Shown: positions 12,095 to 23,436 of the stretch, in pieces
How the letters are laid out: every line of letters begins with the position of its first letter
How positions within the stretch are numbered: position 1 is the first letter of the stretch
Source of the DNA: Blastocladiella emersonii ATCC 22665
Lineage: Eukaryota; Fungi; Blastocladiomycota
NCBI GenBank assembly: GCA_025594325.1
Contig: JANHCV010000006.1
Location: 1,302,001 to 1,366,000 of the forward strand
Direction: 5' to 3'
Length of the DNA: 64,000 bases
Notes under the pieces: model-generated
What the model saw: only the letters and a program-made list of their open reading frames with translations
Told to the model about the DNA's origin: nothing
Database searches by the model: none
Translations under genes and position numbers: made by a program

Positions 12095-15000
12095 ATGTTA
12101 CGCAACAAGGCCTTCACGAAAAAGACCAAGCGCGGCGGCATCGTCAAGGTGGTCCGCGAAAACTACCTGCAGGACGACGTGTACTGCTCGTCGCAGTTCT
12201 GCACCGCGTGCCCCGAGCCCAAGCCCGTCCTGTCCACGGCCCCGCCCGCCCTCGACGGCGCCGGCCCGCACTACCTCGTCCCCGACACCAACGTGTTCCT
12301 GCACAACGTGTGTTGTCTCTCTTACACTCCATTTCCGGACTCGCACTAAATCGTAACCGCGCCACAGATCGACTTCATGGAGAACCCCGCCACCAAGGAC
12401 GTGATCGTGTGCCAGACGGTCCTCGACGAGGTCCGCCACCGCAACCTCAACACGTACAACCGCCTCAAGGCGCTGCTCGCCAACCCGGACCGCCGCTTCT
12501 ACTCGTTCGCCAACGAGCACCACCGCGCCACCTACGTCGACCGCCTCGACGCCGAGTCGCCCAACGACCGCAACGACCGCGCCATCCGCGTCGCCGCCAA
12601 GTGGTACGCCGACCACCTCGCGCAACACCCCGTTACCATCGTCATGCTGTCCGACGACCTCGGCAACCGGACTTTCGCGGCGCAGGAGAAGCTCAAGGCC
12701 ATGCGCGTCGCCCACTACGCGGCCCGTTTTTCAGCTGCGCCCGAGCTCGTCGACCTCGTCGCCGCGTCCGAGTCGACCGCCGCGCCGCCTGCGGGCAACC
12801 CGAAGTTCGCCTACGACTACCCCGAGCACCTCGCCCCGAGCACCGTCGGGTCCGCCGTCCTCGCCGGCACCCTGTACCAGGGCACCCTGCAGATCGCCGC
12901 CCACAACGCCAACGAGGCCTACATCATCGCCACGGTAAAGGCCGACGACGGGTCGCCGCTCGTCGCCGACAACAAGATCTACGTTCAGGGCCGCAAGCAC
13001 CTCAACCGCGCCATGCAGGGCGACGTGGTCGCCATCGAGCTGTTCCCGCGCAACGCGTGGATCGGCGCCGCCGACCAGGCCATCGCCGACTCGGACGACG
13101 ACGATGAAGAAGATGCGGCTGCCGCGGCTGCCGCCAAGATCGCCGCCATGAACGCGCGCCACAAATCTGCCGCTGACGCGGTCGCCGATGACGCGTCCAC
13201 GCACCTGCCGACGGGCCGCGTCGTGTCCATCATCCGCCGCAACTGGCGGTCCTACTGCGGGTCCGTCGAAAAGGCCGCCCTCAACGAGGCCGTCGGCACC
13301 TCGCAGGAGGTCCTGTTCCACCCGGTCGACCGCCGCATCCCCAAGATCCGCATGCGCACCAGCCAGGGCGTGCGGCTCGCCGGGATGCGCATCGTCGTCA
13401 CCATCGACGCGTGGGACCGCCGCTCCAAATACCCGGCCGGCCACTTCGTGCGGGTGCTCGGCCCGACCCAGGACAAGGAGACCGAGACCCAGGTGATTCT
13501 GCTCGAGCACGGCGTGCCCTACGAGCCCTTCTCGGCGGCCGTGCTCAAGGACCTCCCCGCCGAGGGCGAGGCGTGGACGTGCAGCCCCGACGAGCTCGCG
13601 CGCCGCCGCGACCTGCGCCACCTGCCCGTGTGCTCCATCGACCCGCCCGGGTGTACCGATATCGACGACGCCCTGCACGTGCGCCCGCTGCCCAACGGCA
13701 ACCTCGAGGTCGGCGTGCACATTGCGGACGTGACGCACTTTGTCAAGCCCAACACGGCCATGGACAAGGAGGCGGCCAAGCGCGGGACCACCGTGTACCT
13801 CGTCGACAAGCGCATCGACATGCTGCCCGGGCTGCTCGGGACCAACCTGTGCTCGCTGCGCAGCAACGTCGACCGGCTCGCCTTCTCGTGCCTGTGGGAG
13901 ATGACGCACGACGCCGAGATCGTCAAGGTCAAGTACGTCAAGTCCATCATCCACTCCAAGGCGTCCTTCACCTACGAGGAGGCGCAGCGGCGGATCGACG
14001 ACCCGCGGTGCACCGACGAGGTGACCGAGGGCGTGCGCAACCTCAACAAGCTCGCCAAGCAGCTCCGCGCGCGCCGCCTCGCCAACGGCGCCCTCACGCT
14101 GGCGTCGCCCGAGGTCCGGTTCCGCCTCGAGGGCGACGCCCAGGACCCCGTCGACGTCGAGCTCAAGGAGCTCAAGGACACCAACGCCCTCGTCGAGGAG
14201 TTCATGCTGCTCGCCAACGTGTCGGTCGCCGAGAAGATCTTCAACGTGTTCCCGAACACGGCCATGCTGCGGTGCCACCCGGAGCCCGCGCCCGAGAACT
14301 TTTTGCAGCTGAACCAGGCGCTCGCGCGGTTCGGGATCCAGCTCGCCACGTCCAGCTCCAAGGCGCTCAGCGACTCGCTCGACAAGGCCGTGCTCCCGCA
14401 CGACCCGTACTTCAACCAGCTCGTCCGCATCATGACGACGCGGTGCATGATGCAGGCGCAGTACTTTTGCTCGGGCGTCCAGGCGCGCGGAAAGTTCCGC
14501 CACTACGGTCTCGCCATGCCCATCTACACGCACTTCACGTCGCCGATCCGCCGGTACGCGGACGTGATCGTGCACCGGCTCCTCGCCGCGTCCATTGCCC
14601 ACGACAGCTTCGCGTACGGCCAGGAGCTGACGGACCGCGACACCCTCGACAAGCTGTCGGGCAACCTCAACCACCGCAACCGCATGGCACAGCAGGCGTC
14701 CCGGTCCTCGGTCGAGCTCTTCACCAACGTCTACTTCCGCGGCAAGGTCCTCCTCGAGCCCGCGTACATTACCCGTGTTCTCAAGAATGGCGTCGCCGCC
14801 CTGATTCCCAAGTACGGCGTCGAGGCCAACATCCCGCTTGACGGGAACGTCTGGAAGTACAACCCCGCCGACGTCAGCCTCGAGGCCACCGGGTGCGACA
14901 CGCCGCTCCGCATGTTCGGGCACGTCACGGTCCGCATCGAGGTCCTCGAGTCGACCACGGCCGCGGGGACGCAGAAGGTCGTCATGACGCTCACCGAGCC

Positions 15001-15193
15001 CGCCGTCGGCGAGTCCGCTGCAGCCGCGACCGCGGCGACGGATGCGGGAACGGTGGCGGCGGCACCCGCGTCGCCCATGGACGTTGACTCGGCCGAGACG
15101 TCGCCCAAGAGCAGCCCCGCCAAGACGGCGCGCGAGGCGCCGACCGCGGGCGCGGCGACCGGGTCCAAGGCCAAGCGCCGCCGGCAAAAGTAG
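12095..15193 (+). CDS. DIS3: Exosome catalytic subunit Dis3/Rrp44 (PIN + RNB), intron about 12309-12367
   Basis: KRGGIVKVVRENYLQDD, PIN PDTNVFLH, RNB SIDPPGCTDIDDALH, HYGLAMPIYTHFTSPIRRYAD. Confidence 0.96.
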
Positions 15194-15457
15194 AGTTGCG
15201 ACTGTCCCGTCGTGTTGCGCGTGAATATACATACATAGTGTCCTACCACCGTCGAACGAGTGAGTGATCAGGGGTTCTGGAGTGATGGTCGGCGCGGGCG
15301 TTTCGCGGTGAGTCAACGCCTTGGACGCGTTGCGCCGCGTGCCGCGTCGCTCGTCGCTCGCGAGCAAGCTCGGCCCCTTCCCCCGGCCGCGTCCGCTCCC
15401 CTACCCCCAAACCTGAATGACGCCAGGAACGGAACACGATGCATCACCGCCGCCACC

Positions 15458-15942
15458 ATGAGCACCCGCACCATCAGCACCGCCTGTCTCCGCTACGTGT
15501 CGCAGGTCGCCGTCTTCGTCTCGAGCGCAATGCAGTCGCCGCACAACGCGCCGTGGACCGCGTCCACGTACTGCATCGTGTGCGAGGTGGTCAAGTTCAT
15601 CGCGCCAACGGGCGCCGATCTGGCCGACGTGGTGCCCATGTCCATGGCCTCGGCCATCCTCGCCGTCGTCACCCCGTTCCTCAAGCCGTCGCCGCCGCCG
15701 CTCCTCACGACGTCTCCGGGCTCATCGCGGCGATCGCGAGCATCTTCGGCGTCGTTACGACGTGGTCGCCGTCGGGGACCGAGACGGCGGGGGAGGAGAA
15801 TGTGGCCGGTGCGCCGGCGGCGCGGTCGAGCAGCAAGAGTCCGAGGCGCCCGGCGGGGTCGCGCAGCAAGAGTCCGAAACGTGCGCCGGCGGCCGTGGCG
15901 TCGCGACCCCAGCGCCGCCGGGCCGCTGGCCACGGGCATTGA
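15458..15942 (+). CDS. Small hypothetical membrane protein A; needs a -1 frameshift or an atypical intron near 15690-15740
   Basis: GC3-biased frame MSTRTISTA…SAILAVVTPFLKPS switches to a second GC3-biased frame HDVSGLIAAIASIFGVVTTW…SKSPRR…SKSPKR…GHGH*. Confidence 0.45.
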
Positions 15943-16209
15943 GGTCTTGAGCGGTCGCGGGGTACCGCCGAGTGGGTGTGTGCAACGAGTACGAGCACTC
16001 CATACAAAAATTTCGTGCGAGACGAGCTGATCATGGCCGCGATCACGCATCGCGTCTCGAGAGAGTGCCCGACATCCTCCTGCCTCACGCTTCGGCTGAG
16101 GGACCTGTCGCGCGGTCAACTGTGCAGAAGGCACACCAGTTTGCGAAAAGAGAGCTGCTCAAGCTCGGCGGACGAGAGTGGTGATCGAGGCGAGGGATGA
16201 GTTCATGGG

Positions 16210-16243
16210 TGCGTCGCGTCGCGTCGCGTCGCGTCGCGTTGCG
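16210..16243. repeat. (GCGTC)n pentanucleotide microsatellite, about 6 units
   Basis: gcgtcgcgtcgcgtcgcgtcgcgtcgcgttgcg read directly. Confidence 0.85.
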
Positions 16244-16346
16244 CCACAGGCCAGCGTCCGCCGCTTCTCCCCTTGCCCTCGCGCGGATGCAGATACGATC
16301 CCGACGCATCGATGCTGCACGCATCGAACCGCCACGCATCGGCACC

Positions 16347-16586
16347 ATGGCCCTCAAGTACTGGGCCTGCACCGCCGCCATCCTCGCCGTCGTTGGCTCG
16401 AACCCGCTCCTCCTCAATTCGCTCACGGCCGCGGTGCTCGGCGGCCTGTGTGTGCTGGACATGCTGCTGGCGCCGGACGTTACGCTCCCCCTTGTGCCGC
16501 CGTTATACATGACCTCGGCGATCCTGGCCGTCGTGGTCCCGTACTTTTCGCCGTCGCGCCGTACGCTTATGGCCGCGCGCCGCTGA
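16347..16586 (+). CDS. Small hypothetical membrane protein B (79 aa, about 3 hydrophobic segments), probable paralog of protein A
   Basis: MALKYWACTAAILAVVGSNPLLL…MTSAILAVVVPYFSPSRR; good ACCATGG context; GC3 bias; shares SAILAVVxP(F/Y)xxPS with the upstream ORF. Confidence 0.55.
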   Translation: MALKYWACTAAILAVVGSNPLLLNSLTAAVLGGLCVLDMLLAPDVTLPLVPPLYMTSAILAVVVPYFSPSRRTLMAARR

Positions 16587-16629
16587 ATGTGCCGCGCGAG
16601 AGAGATACTTTGACCCACATGTATCCTAT

Positions 16630-17829
16630 TCAGACCCACGCATACCGCTCGTTCCCGAGCCACACCACCTCCCTCTCCAGCTCCTCGACGACCTTGCCGT
16701 CGCGCCACATCATGAGCGAGCTGAGACTCTGCTCGCGCGGCTCGACGCGCCACCCGGCGGGCAGCCCCGCCACGTCCTGGCCGTCACTCAGGTACGCGAC
16801 GACCTTGGCGAGATCGAACGCCTTGGCCTCAAGCGCGGCCGCCGCGAGCAGCGCATCCCGCGCCCCCGCCGACGCCGCGCGCCAGTGCAGCAGGTACAGG
16901 CACTTGTTGTGCGGCGCGTGGTGCCACACGACGAAGCTGCCAGCGCCAGCGCGCGCACCCTGCGATGTCGGCGCCGCGGGCGTCCCCGGCTGCCGGTAGT
17001 AGAAGGCAGCGCGCTGGTAGAACCAGTCGTGTACGCCGGGCGTCAGCGGCATCGAGAAGAGCGTGCGCGCGTCGGCGGCGGGCGTGGATGAGGGAGGGTA
17101 CAGGGCGGGAACGAGGAGGGTGTCGACATCGGCGCGCGAGAGCAGCGTCACGCCGGTCGGGACGGTCGACGGCGCAGTGGCCGCTGCGTCGCACACGAGC
17201 GACGTCGACGGGAGGATCTTCCAGCCGAGGCGCGCGTCTACAGGCGGGCAAGAGTCAGCACAGAGCGAATGCAGCGAGCCTGGCGGGCGGAACGTACAGT
17301 AGTCGGGCCCGATATCCGAGTACAGGTTCGACAGCCCGACCTCGGGCGCCGTCTTGATGAGCTCGGCGCGCAGCTTCTTCATCATGACGGTCGCGTAGCC
17401 CTTGCCGCGCAGGTCCTTGCTGACGAACACGGACCCAATGCTCCACACGGGCACGTCGCGGTCGCCGAGCCGGCCGGGGCGGCGGAACGACTCGCACGCG
17501 GCGAGGATCGGGAGGTCCTCGGGCACCTCGACGTGCGCGTGAATCCGGCCCGTCGCCGCGTCCGCGTACTTTGCGGCGGCCGCCGCCGTCGTCAGGATCC
17601 ACGACACGTGGCCCGACCGGGTGAACTCGGACGACTGCAGCGCATCCTCGCGCTCCAGGTACTGCGGGACCGTCAGGCCCTTGCCCCACTCGGCGTAGCT
17701 ACACAGCGACGGGTGAGCCGTCGCAACGGGGCGGCGGAGTCGAGGGTGACTTTACTTGATGCGCGTCGCGGCGTAGTGCACGGCGCGGTTCGCCTGCAGA
17801 AGAACGAGCTCGGTCGCGGCAGTTGTCAT
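16630..17829 (-). CDS. GNAT-family acetyltransferase (LYC1-like), 2 introns
   Basis: EWGKGLTVPQYLERE, acetyl-CoA motif IGSVFVSKDLRGKGYATVMM, SNLYSDIGPD-Y..LGW. First exon MTTAATEL… is spliced at a GTAAAG donor. Confidence 0.85.
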
Positions 17830-18138
17830 TGCAAGTAGTCTAATGATGATTGTTGGGGAGGGAGAGAAAGGACCGCGCGCGAAGCCGCGGCCTATTTGTA
17901 CCGGCGGCTGAGAACCCTGGGCTAGAGCTAGAGGGCCGGCCGTTCATCCGACCTCTCAGACGGCCGCGAATCAGGTCGCGAATGCATTCGAAAGACGAAG
18001 GCCGACACTGAACTAATGTCGGGGAGGCCGCCAGAGTCCGCTTAGGGCTCAAATCTTCGTCAAACGAGGTGCTTCCCGCCGAAGCCTGTTACGCGGCACC
18101 ATCCGCCTTGCCAGTCAACTGCAGGCTGTTAGACCCCC

Positions 18139-18543
18139 GTGCGTCACCCGGCGACTGGTCGCCATGCATTTCGTCGCGCAAAGCGAACAGTGCCGCGGCG
18201 GGACAGGCGGCGGGAGGCGAAAAAGCCCACGGAAACCGCTCACGTGCTCGAGGCGGTGTGGCGCAACGCGTCCATCGTCGCGGAATCTGGGGGCAACTTG
18301 GCGCTCGCGTGCAATCGTTGCAATTGTTGAGCAAAAGGATGTGCACTGAAACTTTAATCGTGAGGTATTCCACGCCCGAAGGGTACCCTGCTGGACGAGG
18401 GGAACCCGGCTGGAAGGCGTTCAGCGGTAATCCGCTTTTTGTACTCGCTGGCCGAAGAATGTGGACGGAAGCTACAGGATGCCGGACTCGCCATCGAGCT
18501 GGACCTCACCCCTCGTTATGGACGCGATTTCTCCAATAACTGA
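18139..18543 (+). pseudogene. Possible degraded coding remnant
   Basis: One frame reads HVLEAVWRNASIVAESGGNLALACN…*…*…GTLLDEGNPAGRRSAVIRFLYSLAEECGRKLQDAGLAIELDL, with three internal stops. Family not recognised. Confidence 0.2.
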
Positions 18544-19332
18544 ACGTCCGGTTCAATGTCGTTTGGACTTTGAGACACCGTGGCCAACTCGCCAAGCACA
18601 AATGTTAAGCACGGGTCAAGAACTTATTTCAACCTTATCAACTGCACAAACGCGACAACGAGATACACGACAAACGAAAGCAGGAAGGGTCTCTACACAA
18701 ATACGTTGTGTTACATCGCTTACTCTATATGTAATTAAGACCTTGAGCTTCGCACTCCAGAGACGACGCACCATCTTGCGTGAACGGCGAAGCAGGTCGC
18801 GACTACGATGAGGAGCAGCGACAGGCAGTGGGGCCACAGGCGAGGCACCCATCACGACAACAGCCACGGACCTTTTGTCCAGCGCGATTGGAAGCTGCAC
18901 TGCACACTCGTCGCTCCATTTGGCATCATCCTTGTGCGGTTGCCAAGGAGACGCGCTGCGCGCTGAGAATTTCGTTCGTGGTCAGGGTAGGTCTCGCTCG
19001 AGCGCGGGTCTTGAGTGGTTTGAGCACTCTGGCCGTTGTTGGATGTTGGAAGCTTTCCGGTTTTTGGCAACTTGACGCGCATATTTTCACGCTGTGGGTG
19101 AGCGGGTGATTTATTAGGGAAGCTGCAAGTCAAAGCGAGCAGGGACTGCACAGTGCTGATGGCAACGCTGAGGTTGACGGACTTGACTGTTGGCTGTTGA
19201 AGGGGAGAAGGGTGGCCCTTCAAGAGGCGGCTGGTTTTTACGCGAGCTCGTGTTACTCTGGGCACGTGCTGAAGAGCGCCGCGGGGGAAACGGTGTTCTA
19301 GGCAGGAAGCCCGTGTACGTAGACCGGTACAA

Positions 19333-19470
19333 CTAGTGATAACGCAACGTGAGCTTCGATTACAGCGGAATGAGGGGAACAAAACGAGGGGGAAACAAGA
19401 GGGAAAGGAAAGGTAAAGGGGCCGCACTAACCTAGTGATAACGGAACGTGAGCTTAAAGAGAGCTCACGT
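19333..19470 (-). mobile_element. Helitron-type 3' terminus signature, present as two tandem copies
   Basis: Minus strand: 9-bp stem hairpin ACGTGAGCT-N7-AGCTCACGT (19446-19470), 10-nt spacer, CTAG (19432-19435). A second copy 99 nt away (19333-19356, 23/24 identical) ends CTAG|T. No Rep/helicase ORF is visible. Confidence 0.55.
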
Positions 19471-20653
19471 CCGCGGCGGGGGCGCGGCCGCCTTTTGAGG
19501 GCGACGGAGAAATGGGCGGCAAGTCACCGGCGGCGGTCGGGCGCGGATGACCGTGTCCGCGGCGTTGGGGATCACGCGGAGATCAGCGGCGCGCGCGCGC
19601 GCGTGGGTCGACCTTCACGCGCGTCGCGTGACAGTGCGCGTTTCTTGATCAGTCTGTCAGGGGAGTGCGCATTGTGAATCACCCACGGCCGGCTGAGCCA
19701 CGCACGCGCACCTCGCAGCAGCGCATTACTGCGTGACACGGGCGCCTTCTTCCCGCGCGACTTTCACTTTCACACCTCTCCAGCAGTAAATTAGACATTC
19801 GCATCAAAGGTTCTGCGCACCAGGCCGCGATCTTTGATGAGGTGACATTCGGGTTCGCGGCAACGAGGAGTTCGTCCTGACTTCCAGGCGCGTCAGCATT
19901 GACGCCGCGATACTCCAACGCTCGAAGCTGACACACTCCGGATGTGCATAACCTGTGCAAAACGCGACGGACCATCACTCGAGCTTTGCAGGATGCGCGG
20001 TGCGCGTCCGCGGCTCGGTTCCGGACCAAGGTCACAATCAAGCTCACCGTTCCTGGGCGATGATAACGGCAGTCCGCTTTCAAGTGCAAGAACAATCAAA
20101 CCATCCACTATACGTCACGGCCTCTCATCAACCCGCCGCTGGCTGCTCCAGCGGTGCAAGATCGATGGGCGTTTGTTGCTCCACGGGATCAAACCGCGTA
20201 GCACCTCGCCCGCGGGTCCGTATTTCGCGTCATTTGCGAAGGATAATGAGCTAGGTTGATAAGCGGCTATGGGATTGTTTCTCCCGTCGTGGCGACCACG
20301 AGCCACGACAAGCGCGCAGTGGAGGACTCGATTCTTTCGCAGCGGCCACGGTGGTCTTGCACGGCCACTCCCTTGTTTGTGGCGGTCCTCAGGCTCTTAG
20401 ACCGTGAGCAAAACAGAACTCGACATTCTCGACGACGAAAAATTACTAGATTTTTGGTCGTAGCCCGGAAGGGACTTGTTCGGAGGCGATGGGGAGCGAG
20501 GCGCTTGGAGGCTCGATGGACGCGACGCGACGCATCGAGTCACGGCGACCGGCCGATTTGCGCGACTCCCAACTGCTTCAAGACTTGAAGAACTACGACT
20601 CCGATTGAACCTCTTTCTCCCTCAACGTAACTCGATGCAAACCCCATGAAACC

Positions 20654-23263
20654 ATGCCATGTAACGGCCTCAAGTTCGACAAGGCGTGGTTCGACCGGTT
20701 CCTTGCCGTCGTCCCGCCGCCCAAGATCCAGCCGGGCGCCATCGACTGGGGTGCGATCCCGCTGCCGACACGCGAGGAACTAGTACGTTCTAGGTCAAGG
20801 TGCAGAACGAACGGTCCCTTAACGCTTCCATGTCGCCAGGAAAGCGCACCCGAACCATGCTGCGCGGGCAAGCAGTGCCGCGGACTCACGCTCCCGCCGC
20901 TCGCTCCGATTGCCGTGCCAGAAGAGCCGAACCGTAATCCTGAGCCTGCCGCTGCACCTCCACCACCACCACCACCACCACCTCAACGACCGCCAGTACC
21001 ATCCGCAACTGCTCGACCGGCGCTGCAGCCGCCCGCGCTGCAGCCGCCATCTCTGCCGCGCCCGCCGCACCTACTTCAACCGCCGCAGCTACCACCACCG
21101 CCGCAGCAGCAGCAACAGGTGCTCGCACCGTGCCGCGGCCGGTGCGAGGAATCGCAGCTCCTGCGCGACAAGCTGAAACTCGCGCGGCAGCGCGCGCTGG
21201 ACCTCGAGTCGGCGCTGCGCGAGGAGAAGGCGCGGACGGTGCAGCTCGAGGCCGAGCTCGCGCGCCAGGCCTCCGCCGCCTCGCGCCCGCCGACCAAGTC
21301 GACCGACGTCATGACGGACCCGTGGACCCCGCCGGCGCCCAAGCCCGAACGGTGTGGCGGGCGGTGCGACGAGATCCGCGAGACGCGGTTCAAGCTGATC
21401 CAGATCAAGAAGCGCGGGCACGAGCTGGAAGCAGAAACGCACACGCTGACGCAGCGGCTGGCGAAATCGCAGGCGGACCTCGCCAAGGCGCAGAGCGACC
21501 TCGCCGAGTCGCGCGCCGCCGTCAACAAGCTCAAGCGCAAGGACCCGCCGGTGCTCCCGCCGTCGCTCACGCAGTCGGACGCCAACAAGCGCCGCAAGGT
21601 GTCGCCCACGGGGCTCCCGCCGGGCACCGCGCCGCCCGCCGCATCAGGGTTCATGACGGCCAAGCGACTCAACCGGCTCAACCAGAGCGGCGTCGGTGGC
21701 GGGCCAATGCCGCCGGCGGTCGATGCTGACAACAACTCGTCCGACGACGATACGAGGCCGCTTCCCCCGTCCATGGGCGGTGGCGAGGAGCGTGGTGCGA
21801 TTCGGCCGCCGTACGTATATCGCACTCGAGCAACGTACCCTCGACTCAATCCCGCGCTCACCCGTGACCCGTGTAGCTCGTACCACTTCAATGTGCCGCT
21901 GCAGCGCACCGGGTCCATGGGCGCGAACCGGCGCGCCGGCACGGGCAGCGGGCTCGCGGGGAGCTCGAGCAAGAGCAACGCGGGCAACACGCAGCAGAAC
22001 GGCGGCGGTGCGAGCAGCAGCAACGGCGCGGGCCTGATCGACGAGGCGACGCGCGAGAAGCTCAAGAACATTGAGCCCAAGATCATCGAGATGATCGAGA
22101 GCGAGATTCTCGACTCGCGGTCGGCCGTGTACGTTTCTCCCGCGCTCACCACTGGCCCCGACGCTGACGCCCACGACACGTAGCGCGTGGGAGGACATTG
22201 CCGGGCTCGAGCACGCCAAGCAGGCGATCCAGGAGATTGTGATCTGGCCGATGAAGCGGCCCGACCTGTTCAGCTCGGGTACGCTACGCCGCCCGTCTAA
22301 AGGCGTGCTGCTGTTCGGGCCTCCCGGGACCGGCAAGACCCTGGTGCGTTTTCTTACGGGCATGTCAGCCGGTGATCCCGGAGCAGTAACGCCGACGGCA
22401 ATCGTTTGGTATAGCTGGCCCGCTGTATCGCGAGCCAGGTGTCGGCGACCTTCTTCTCGATCTCGGCGTCCTCGCTCACGTCCAAGTGGGTCGGCGAGGG
22501 CGAGAAGATGGTCAAGGCGCTGTTCGCGGTGGCGCGGCTCAAGCAGCCGTCGGTGGTGTTCATTGACGAGATCGACTCGCTGCTGACGAGCCGCACCGAG
22601 GGCGAGAACGAGTCGTCGCGCCGCATCAAGACCGAGTTCCTCGTCCAGTTCGACGGCGCGTCCACCGACTCGGACGAGCGGCTGCTCGTCATTGGCGCGA
22701 CGAACCGGTACGTTGCACGCGCGGGCGGGCGCCCTCACAACCCAGCTGACCCGCCGATTCGATTGACGTGTAGGCCGCAAGAGCTCGACGAGGCGGCGCG
22801 GCGACGGTTCAAGAAGCGGCTCATGATCCCGCTGCCGTGCGAGCGCGGGCGGCGGCAGCTGCTGACGAACCTGCTGCGGCGCGCCAACCACTCGCTGACG
22901 CCCGAGGACATTGAGCTGCTGGTGCAGCGCACCGACGGGTACTCGGGGTCCGACCTCGCGGGCCTGTGCGAGGACGCGGCCATGGGCCCGATCCGCGAGA
23001 TCCCGCTGAGCCAGTTCGAGCACAAGGCCGTCGACGACCTGCGGCCCATCTCGCTCCAGGACATGCTCAACGCGCAGACCCAGATCCGCGCGTCCGTGTC
23101 GCGCAAGGATATCGAGTTCCATGAGAAGTGGAACGAGGACTTTGGGTCCTCGGCCGCCGCACCGGTGCCCTCGCGGCCGCCGTCGACGGACGGCGCGAGC
23201 CGCGAGGCTGACAATGACGGCGAGGGCGAACGGTCGCGCAAATCGTCCATGTCTGAGACATGA
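20654..23263 (+). CDS. FIGNL1: Fidgetin-like AAA+ ATPase, several introns
   Basis: [38 protein letters not shown], Walker [49 protein letters not shown]. The 5' end is less certain. Confidence 0.85.
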
Positions 23264-23436
23264 TCTTAAAGCATACAAATCGTACGCCATCGCAAAGGAG
23301 ACATGAGCGGCGCGTGGCCGACGCGTCACTGCCCGCGCCCCGGCGGCCGCCACGTGAGGCGAGCGTCCACGTCGATCCCCCTCTTCGTGCTTCGGACCGC
23401 CCGTTCCCTTCCTCTCCACTCAGAGACCCTGCAACC

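Noticed and set aside
18926-18939. U6 snRNA-like string (minus strand GCACAAGGATGA)
   Set aside because: Only about 12 nt match; the ACAGAGA box and TTAGCATGGCCCCT flank are absent.
19333-19455. CRISPR-like direct repeats
   Set aside because: Only two copies, 75-nt spacer, eukaryotic context, no cas genes. Better explained as Helitron-type termini.
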